Assembly (NCBI GenBank): GCA_027001995.1
Contig: JALTLO010000121.1
Coordinates: forward strand, 1-10,629
Length of the DNA stretch: 10,629 nt
DNA from: Planctomycetota bacterium
GTDB taxonomy: Bacteria; Planctomycetota; GCA-002687715; DRQF01
Reading direction: 5' to 3'
This document shows positions 1 through 6,333 of the stretch, in pieces; position 1 is the first letter of the stretch, and each line of letters starts with the position of its first letter. Made by a program: the position numbers and the translations under genes. The notes under the pieces are model-generated. The model saw only the letters and a list, made by a program, of their open reading frames with translations. It made no database searches and had not been told where the DNA came from.

Positions 1-66
1 GTCGGCGGCAAGCAGGTCGCCTTCCGTGCCGACCAAGACGGCGTCCGTATCGTTGAACTGGGGTAG
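1..66 (+). CDS. 3' end of an upstream gene (partial, ...VGGKQVAFRADQDGVRIVELG*)
   Basis: Frame 1 is open from base 1 to TAG at 64-66 with mostly C/G-ending codons. It is too short to assign a function. Confidence 0.55.
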   Translation, partial: VGGKQVAFRADQDGVRIVELG

Positions 67-191
67 GGAGCATCTGAAGGTGAAGTCCAAGGCGCCATAA
101 GGTGAAATTGTCTCTTCCCTACCCTCAAAGTGTCTCATGTTGATGGGAGATTTGTCCATCTTGAGGGTCGGAACGGGGAATTCTCCGGGTT

Positions 192-220
192 TTGCCCCAA
201 ACCCATTTAACTGCTAATCT
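192..220 (+). promoter_or_regulatory. putative sigma70-type promoter for the PAP2 operon
   Basis: TTGCCC (192-197), a 17-bp spacer, then TAATCT (215-220) preceded by TGc (extended -10). It lies about 30 nt upstream of ATG 252. Confidence 0.5.
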
Positions 221-251
221 GGCGCGGAATATTTTCTTAAATGTAGACCCT

Positions 252-1208
252 ATGCTGGATAACGACCACAACAACGATCAAGACGAGCGCAAGCTTGACG
301 CCAATGATTTGGGCTTCTGGCCCGTAGATTGGTGTCATTTGGTCTTTCTTGCCGGTTCAGTGGTCCTTTTCATGGTGATCTGGGATCCCGTGTCTGATCC
401 GGTGGGCTGGAGTCTCATTGACACTTGCCTGATTGTCCTTCTCCTTTGGATCGTCAAGAAAACCCCGTCCTGGAGTTTGGGCAAAGCAGCCTTGGTCCGG
501 ATGGGCTATTGCATGGCCACAATTCCATTGGTTTTCACTCAATTGGGGTCTTTGGTTCCTTTCGTGAATCCTTCCAACTGGGAAGAGAAGCTGTTTCGAT
601 TCGACAAGGCCTTGTTTCTGGGGGCCAGCCCACTTCATCTCGTTGACAAACTGTCGAATCCTATTGTCACAGAGCTGCTCCAATGGATTTACAACTACTA
701 CTACTTTATTGCTGTGGTTGTGGGTTTGGCAGTGATGAAGAAAAAGCAACCTCGGATTTTGGCCCGTTTAACCTTTTGCTTCGTCCTCTGCATCTACTTG
801 TCATATTTGGGTTACTACATCGTCCCGGCAACGGGTCCCAACCTTGATCGATTTCACCTCTATCAGTTCTCTCAACCTCTCCAAGGCGTATACTTGGCCA
901 CCGAGATGCGAGAAACCATGGCTTTCATCGAGAAAATCAAACAAGACTGCTTTCCCAGCGGACATACAGCGGTGGCCCTCTTAGCGCTGCTCTTGGCAAA
1001 ACGCTATGCCAAGAAACTGGTGCCTTATTTGGCCCCCCTCGTGGTAGCATTGATCTTCTCAACGGTATATCTTCGATATCATTATGTCGCAGATGTCATT
1101 GCCGGTATTGTCTTGGCATACGCATCGGCGATCTTGGGTATCAAGATTCACGAAAAATTCGAAGAAAGCACATGGGGAAGTCATGGCGACGAGAGCGGAA
1201 CGAGTTAA
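252..1208 (+). CDS. PAP2-superfamily integral membrane phosphoesterase / lipid phosphotransferase (PAP2_3, inositol phosphorylceramide synthase AUR1-like)
   Basis: Multiple hydrophobic helices plus the motifs YYIVPATGP, DCFPSGHTA and STVYLRYHYVADVIAG (PSGH and HxxxD catalytic motifs). ATG 252 is preferred over TTG 192, which coincides with the putative -35 box. Confidence 0.88.
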   Translation: MLDNDHNNDQDERKLDANDLGFWPVDWCHLVFLAGSVVLFMVIWDPVSDPVGWSLIDTCLIVLLLWIVKKTPSWSLGKAALVRMGYCMATIPLVFTQLGSLVPFVNPSNWEEKLFRFDKALFLGASPLHLVDKLSNPIVTELLQWIYNYYYFIAVVVGLAVMKKKQPRILARLTFCFVLCIYLSYLGYYIVPATGPNLDRFHLYQFSQPLQGVYLATEMRETMAFIEKIKQDCFPSGHTAVALLALLLAKRYAKKLVPYLAPLVVALIFSTVYLRYHYVADVIAGIVLAYASAILGIKIHEKFEESTWGSHGDESGTS

Positions 1209-1941
1209 GGAAGCTTTAGATCACGTCCACGGGCATGAGAAGGTGGCCTTTGCATTGGCCATCAATGATCGCCCACTTCGGCGGGCCTATTTCAATCAAA
1301 TCTGCGGCTACGACGAATCGGTGGTGGTCAAGACCTTGGCGAAGCTGGCCAACAACGATTTGGTGGCTGAAACAGATGGCTTGGAGTTCCAAGTCGCGTC
1401 GAAGGAAGTAGCCAAAGAGATTCGCGAGCACTTATCTCCAGAGTTAGCCCAAGAACTCCATAGCGCTACTCTCGACTGGGCTGAAGGCCGAGAAAACTTA
1501 GACGATCGTTTCCTTGTTGATCATCTCATTGGCGCTTGTGAGTTTTCTCTGGCGGCGGAGAAAGCGATGGAGCTCCGCAGGCTTGAAGACGATCCTTTCA
1601 AGGCCAAGACCTGGCTGAAGCCCATGCGTCAAGCCTTAGAAGGGCTCTTGGCGGCGGAGAACAAAGATATCAATCAATGCGTGACATTAGGCCTCTCTGT
1701 TGCCAAGGACGGTTATGCCTTCATGCAACCTAAAATGCTGACCTCTATTTTCGCCAACCTGCTCGAGCTCGACGTCACGGGGGAGCAAAGAGAAGAAATC
1801 GCTTCTTGCGAAGCATGGATCAAAGGAGAGCGGGCTCGCAAGCGCGCCGCCGCCAAGTCAGAGGCGAAAGCACAGCAAGCCGCTCAGCAACAGAACTTGC
1901 CAGAAACGTCAGACGTGACAGTCCAAGAGACAACCTCATGA
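1183..1941 (+). CDS. hypothetical cytoplasmic protein (252 aa), possible winged-helix plus helical region like the post-ATPase part of STAND proteins; low-complexity A/Q tail
   Basis: ATG 1183 is preceded by GGGGAAG and overlaps the PAP2 gene end by 26 nt. Its TGA overlaps the next ATG (ATGA). The segment LAKLANNDLV..FQVASKEVAKEIREHLSPELAQELH..LVDHLIGA resembles STAND WH/helical regions. Confidence 0.7.
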   Translation: MATRAERVKEALDHVHGHEKVAFALAINDRPLRRAYFNQICGYDESVVVKTLAKLANNDLVAETDGLEFQVASKEVAKEIREHLSPELAQELHSATLDWAEGRENLDDRFLVDHLIGACEFSLAAEKAMELRRLEDDPFKAKTWLKPMRQALEGLLAAENKDINQCVTLGLSVAKDGYAFMQPKMLTSIFANLLELDVTGEQREEIASCEAWIKGERARKRAAAKSEAKAQQAAQQQNLPETSDVTVQETTS

Positions 1942-3419
1942 AGAAACTTACTCCTACCAAGCTTGCGGTCCTCTTCCTTCTGGTGGCTTTCGTGCCCATG
2001 TCTCATGCCCAAGACTCCGTCCGGCTTCTGAATGGCAAGAAAATTCGGGGTGAGATCACCAAAGAGAGCCCTAAAGCCGTCAAAATCATCGACCGAATGG
2101 GGAAGCTGATCGTGATCCAAAGAGATCAGATCAAGAAGGTCCGCAAAGGTCGCCCCCTCAAGAAGAAGACCAGGGCGAAGTTGGCTGCTCTTACGGACAA
2201 AACGGCTCAAGGGCTTTGGGAGGTTGCCGCTTGGTGCTCTGAGTCCAAGGCATTGAAGCGCGATTCTCAACGATTGGCAAGACGGGTCTTGGTACTTGAG
2301 CCTGATCATGCACAAGCACGGAAACTTCTGGGGCACGTCAAACAACTTGGGGTCTGGTATGAGGATGCCGAGAAAGCCCAAGCTGGTGTGTCTGCCAAAA
2401 TGGAAAAGGATGGTTATGTCTTCGCCAATGGCGGCTGGATTCAAGCAGAGCGGGCAGGGGATTTGGCAGCTAAGCCTGACGACTGGCTTCTCATTGACAA
2501 TTTCAAATGGCGCCCTTTGGCCGACGTCATGTGGGAGCGCGGTTTCGAAAAACATCTCGACACCTGGTATCCCAAAGACCAGAAGCATCTGATTCCCAAG
2601 GCCAAATCTTTCGGAAAAGTCATGGATTGCAAGATCCATATCGCTCAGGTTGGCAGCAGTCTAGTTTACACAGTGGACTCTCGGGAGGATGCTCTTGAGT
2701 TGGCCACCACTTTGGACAAGGTCCGCAAGTGGTTTTGCAAGACATTCGAAGTGAGTACCCATGGTCGGTTTCGCAAACTCGAAACCAAGCCAATGAATAC
2801 GGCCATTGTTCTCAACGACATGGACCAACTCATTGAATTTGGCACCAAGAAGCAAAACGCTTACGGGCTCAGCGAAGCGCGCATGAAATACGAGCGCAAG
2901 AACAAACAGACCCTCTGGAGACCTTTGGGACACGCACACATCAAGAGCGACACGATCTGGAAGAATCAATTTCCGTCTCAGTTGGGCGGGAACATGATGG
3001 CTTACTATTTTGTTCGAGAAGATATCGACTTACCTGCCTGGATGTGGGTGGCCTCGGCACATTTGGCAGAAGTTGCCGTCATGGGATCAGCACGTGTGCC
3101 TTACTTCGCTCCTTCCAAGTATGATCAAAAGCGCGTGGAAGAGAGCCGTGCCCCTCGCAATCTGTCTGATGCTCGGGACGCAGCCAAAGGCGTTTCATCC
3201 AACAGTCTTCGTGCCCTCATGGGCAAGACTTATAACGGCCTGACTGCAGAAGACGACGCTGTCGGCATGGTCTACATGACTTTCCTCTTGGAAGTCTACA
3301 AACCCCAACTCCTCAAGTTCATCACCGCCCGCCCCTGCGGCAGCCTCTTCCAACGCTTCAAGAAGTTCTTCCCCAAATCTCTCGAAGAAATAGACGGCGA
3401 ATTCAAAGCATGGTTGTAG
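1938..3419 (+). CDS. secreted/periplasmic hypothetical protein (493 aa), Planctomycetota-like N-terminal modules and a degenerate DUF1570/peptidase MA-like C-terminal domain
   Basis: ATGA overlap at 1938-1941. Sec signal peptide MKKLTPTKLAVLFLLVAFVPMSHA|QD. DSVRLLNGKKIRGEI beta-module. TPR-like AAWC..LARRVLVLEPDHAQARKLLG..GVW segment. C-terminal LPAWMWVASAHLAE and SLEEIDGEFKAWL. Confidence 0.75.
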   Translation: MKKLTPTKLAVLFLLVAFVPMSHAQDSVRLLNGKKIRGEITKESPKAVKIIDRMGKLIVIQRDQIKKVRKGRPLKKKTRAKLAALTDKTAQGLWEVAAWCSESKALKRDSQRLARRVLVLEPDHAQARKLLGHVKQLGVWYEDAEKAQAGVSAKMEKDGYVFANGGWIQAERAGDLAAKPDDWLLIDNFKWRPLADVMWERGFEKHLDTWYPKDQKHLIPKAKSFGKVMDCKIHIAQVGSSLVYTVDSREDALELATTLDKVRKWFCKTFEVSTHGRFRKLETKPMNTAIVLNDMDQLIEFGTKKQNAYGLSEARMKYERKNKQTLWRPLGHAHIKSDTIWKNQFPSQLGGNMMAYYFVREDIDLPAWMWVASAHLAEVAVMGSARVPYFAPSKYDQKRVEESRAPRNLSDARDAAKGVSSNSLRALMGKTYNGLTAEDDAVGMVYMTFLLEVYKPQLLKFITARPCGSLFQRFKKFFPKSLEEIDGEFKAWL

Positions 3420-3475
3420 GACGACATACAAACTCCGATTCCTAACCTCTTCAGATCCGGTCTCTTTGGGATATC

Positions 3476-3505
3476 TTGTTTTCGAAGCGCGTGCTTTGAA
3501 AATAG
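3476..3505. terminator. stem-loop downstream of the 493-aa gene (possible terminator or operator)
   Basis: TTGTTTTCGAAGC-GCGT-GCTTTGAAAATAG gives a 13-bp stem including three G-U pairs and a 4-nt loop. There is no clean U-tract after the stem on the + strand, so the terminator role is uncertain. Confidence 0.35.
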
Positions 3506-3601
3506 CTGTGACTGTCCCCAGAGCCCCACGCTCGCATTTTGCGCGATCCTCTACCTTTTGTCCCCAGGTAGTCTTACGTTCTTCATCGAAAGTGGCGAGA
3601 T

Positions 3602-3621
3602 CGAGTTTATGGGTAAACTCG
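3602..3621. promoter_or_regulatory. perfect 8-4-8 inverted repeat upstream of cas3, candidate operator
   Basis: CGAGTTTA-TGGG-TAAACTCG, ending 87 nt before the cas3 start. Confidence 0.45.
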
Positions 3622-3708
3622 GCAATAGATCATCAAGGCAATCGGGCTGATCCGCTTCAGGTGTAATCCCAGTTGGTGTAGAGTGTATGAACGTCATAGA
3701 CGGAACAA

Positions 3709-6321
3709 GTGATGCTCTTGAATATTGATTCTTCGTCGCCAGAACTCCCCGCTCCAGACTACAGGCGCTGTTATGCCAAGTCGACGGAGAATGGGAAGCC
3801 GGGCTTGACGGTATTTGAGCACGGCCGCAATGCGGGCTTCGTTGCCCTGGCACTCTTGCGAGTTCTTCCCAAGGGAACTCGCGACGAGTTAGGACTTTTG
3901 GCTGTCTTAGCTGCCGCCCTCCACGACACAGGAAAAATTTCCCCTGGATTTCAGCTTCACGAGAGTTTCAAAGGACCCTTGCTTGCCCAGTTTCCCGACT
4001 ACCAAAAGTACTCCAGAGCCGTTTTCAATCCCAATCATGCTGCGGTAAGTGCTTCATCACTTCTTCGCTACTTTGACCATCTAACTGGTGCCCGTGAATT
4101 TGCAGAAATTGTTGGTATGCACCACGGAACCTGTTCGGAGAATTTCGCGAGTGATGACCTCAGCTTCGCCAATGGTGGTGCTGATTGGGCCCAACAACGT
4201 GAGAACTTTATTCGACGCATGATCACGATGTTTGGATTGCCAGAGGATCGGCCATTGACGACTCCTCAAAGGAACGTTATCGCGGGTTTTGTCACCGTCT
4301 GTGACTGGATTTCGTCGGATGAATCGAATTTTCCTGTAGACAGGAGTACTTCCTTTCAGCAGGTCTCCTTTCTTGCCAAAAAGGCCGTTAGGAATTGTGG
4401 ATTCACTTTGAACCCAATTCTTCCTGATCGATCATTCCAAGACCTATTTGAGTTTTCACCTCACAATTTTCAGGAGACCATGCTGGCAGTAGTGGATGCC
4501 CCAGGCGTCTATGTGGTTGAAGCAGCAATGGGAATGGGTAAGACCGAAGCTGCTTTGGCCGCTGCTTATAAGTTGATGGCTGCGGGCACCAACGATGGTA
4601 TCTACTTTGGATTGCCGACCCGGCTTACAAGTGAAATGATCCACGAGAGAGTGTCGGACTTTCTGGAGAACGCATACGAAGATGGAGTTGCCCCGAAGTT
4701 GGCACATGGTAAATCGTGGCTCAACGAAGATGAGATGTTTGGTGGTGTGGAGCTCGCTCCTGGGAATTCCTGGTTCGATGGCCGTAAGCGGGGGCTCTTG
4801 TCGCCGGTTGCCGTAGGGACCATAGATCAAGCACTTTTGAGCGTCGTTCGCGTCAAGCATTTCTTCGTCAGAAGTTTCGCCTTGGCGAACAAGGTGGTGA
4901 TTCTCGATGAGGTCCACAGTTATGATCTCTATACGGGATCTTTGATCCAAGAACTTGTTGCTGAACTGAGGGATGTTGGGGCCACCGTCATCGTACTCTC
5001 GGCCACTCTAACTGTGGAGAAAAAGAGAGACCTCTTGAGGCTAAACTCAGATGAATCGATTTCTGGGTCCTATCCCATGATATCCAGATTGGATGAGAGA
5101 GGCTTTTCGGAGTTTGTGGTCGATAGCCATCGTCACCAACCGTACGAAATCTCTTTTGTCGAAGCTAAAGTTGACCTTGTTGTTGCCTGTGCTTTGGATG
5201 CGGTTCGTTCTGGCCAATGCGTTTTGATGATCGCGAACTCGGTGGCCACGGCTCAAGAATGGTACAGTACGATTCGTTCCACTATGCGTAGCGACGAATT
5301 CGAGCTGGGTCTCTTGCATTCACGTTTCCTCAAGAATCACCGGGACGATATCGAAGAACTTTGGGTTCAGCGGTTGGGGAAAGGTGAATCCCGTCGCTTT
5401 CCCGCCATCCTTGTGGCGACGCAGGTGGTTGAGCAGAGTGTTGACTTGGACGCTGACTTCTTAGTTACCGAATTGGCTCCTACTGATATGCTTTTGCAAC
5501 GCATGGGGCGGCAATGGCGTCATCAGAGGGACTCAAGACCTGGTGGGAAGGTCCCTAAAACAACCATTGTTGGCAATGAATTGGCTTCGAATGTTGAGTT
5601 AGACGATCTTCTTGAGGCTCTCGGCCATTCCTCAGCTTGCATCTATTCACCCTATGTCCTGTGGCGGAGCAATGCTGTCTGGCGAGGAAGAAATGCTGTT
5701 TGTTTGCCTGGAGACATCCCAACCCTATTGGACGCTACTTATCGCGACTTGCCTGATGAAAGTTCTTTGATCAAAGAAATTCGTGAGTTGTCGGAAAAGA
5801 AATCGAAGCGCCTCAAGAATATTGCGAATTTGTCCAAATCGAATGTGACTAGCCTTCCGACTGGCGATGACTCAGAAAAGGCTGCGACTCGCTATAGTGA
5901 CTATCGCACAGTCGAGGCCCTTCTTATTCAGAGGATAGAAAAGATTCGAGGAAAGTCCGCCACGATCACCCTGGAGTCTGGCTCGAAAGTGACAGTCTCG
6001 GCTTTCTTCGGAGATCTTTTAACCCGACGCATGCTTGCTCGTTCGACAGTGTCGATACCTTTTCATTGGTTGCCCAAGGGCCTTGATCTCTGTGTTCCTG
6101 AGTACCTGCGAAAACATTTCTATGACGAATTGGTCGTCTTGGAGTGGGACTGTGATTCCGGACAAATCTCGATTGACGGCTTTGAGGTTGACTTGCGCTA
6201 TTGCCTTCGGATGGGACTACGTCGAACAACAGTTCCTTCCCTTTCGGGCTCAGAATTTTCGAACACACTTGATGCAGCGGACGATTTTGAATCCATCGAT
6301 CCTTTTGCGATGGACTGGTAG
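3709..6321 (+). CDS. cas3: CRISPR-associated HD nuclease/helicase Cas3 (type I-E)
   Basis: HD domain motifs YAKS, FEHG, LHDTGK, NHAAVS, MHHG and CDWISS. SF2 helicase motifs AAMGMGKT (Walker A), GTIDQ, ILDEVH, LSATL, LHSRF, ATQVVEQSVDLD and QRMGRQWRH. Start is GTG 3709 or ATG 3712. Confidence 0.97.
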   Translation: MMLLNIDSSSPELPAPDYRRCYAKSTENGKPGLTVFEHGRNAGFVALALLRVLPKGTRDELGLLAVLAAALHDTGKISPGFQLHESFKGPLLAQFPDYQKYSRAVFNPNHAAVSASSLLRYFDHLTGAREFAEIVGMHHGTCSENFASDDLSFANGGADWAQQRENFIRRMITMFGLPEDRPLTTPQRNVIAGFVTVCDWISSDESNFPVDRSTSFQQVSFLAKKAVRNCGFTLNPILPDRSFQDLFEFSPHNFQETMLAVVDAPGVYVVEAAMGMGKTEAALAAAYKLMAAGTNDGIYFGLPTRLTSEMIHERVSDFLENAYEDGVAPKLAHGKSWLNEDEMFGGVELAPGNSWFDGRKRGLLSPVAVGTIDQALLSVVRVKHFFVRSFALANKVVILDEVHSYDLYTGSLIQELVAELRDVGATVIVLSATLTVEKKRDLLRLNSDESISGSYPMISRLDERGFSEFVVDSHRHQPYEISFVEAKVDLVVACALDAVRSGQCVLMIANSVATAQEWYSTIRSTMRSDEFELGLLHSRFLKNHRDDIEELWVQRLGKGESRRFPAILVATQVVEQSVDLDADFLVTELAPTDMLLQRMGRQWRHQRDSRPGGKVPKTTIVGNELASNVELDDLLEALGHSSACIYSPYVLWRSNAVWRGRNAVCLPGDIPTLLDATYRDLPDESSLIKEIRELSEKKSKRLKNIANLSKSNVTSLPTGDDSEKAATRYSDYRTVEALLIQRIEKIRGKSATITLESGSKVTVSAFFGDLLTRRMLARSTVSIPFHWLPKGLDLCVPEYLRKHFYDELVVLEWDCDSGQISIDGFEVDLRYCLRMGLRRTTVPSLSGSEFSNTLDAADDFESIDPFAMDW

Positions 6322-6333
6322 AGCGGAGGAAAT

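Noticed and set aside
65..120. Glycine-riboswitch-like words (GGGAG..GAAGG..CGCC..AAGGTGAA..TCTC)
   Set aside because: The conserved CTCTCAGG element and tandem aptamer layout are missing, the region lies upstream of the putative promoter, and the downstream gene is unrelated to glycine metabolism.
192..251. ORF-track TTG start for the PAP2 gene
   Set aside because: It overlaps the putative -35/-10 promoter and has no RBS. ATG 252 is more plausible.
1084..1182. N-terminal extension of the 285-aa ORF
   Set aside because: It overlaps the PAP2 catalytic motif region. ATG 1183 has an RBS-like sequence.
1806..1937. N-terminal extension of the 537-aa ORF
   Set aside because: The signal peptide begins at ATG 1938, which has an ATGA coupling overlap.
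1884..2639. 251-aa minus-strand ORF, and other antisense or alternate-frame ORFs such as 357-749, 4456-4950 and 9513-10145
   Set aside because: These are shadows of well-supported + strand genes with no recognisable motifs.
3466..3666. 66-aa ORF in the intergenic region before cas3 (and minus-strand 3551-3853)
   Set aside because: TTG start, no RBS and no recognisable HTH or other motif. The minus-strand ORF overlaps cas3. A small peptide cannot be fully excluded.
3420..3708. Canonical CRISPR array, tRNA or IS end upstream of cas3
   Set aside because: I found no ~29-nt repeats at ~61-nt period, no cloverleaf or T-loop motif and no transposase-associated terminal repeat.
3709..4330. Possible inactive Cas3 nuclease (as in transposon-associated or degenerate systems)
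   Set aside because: The expected HD-domain metal ligands and helicase motifs are present, and there are no tns/tniQ genes in the window.
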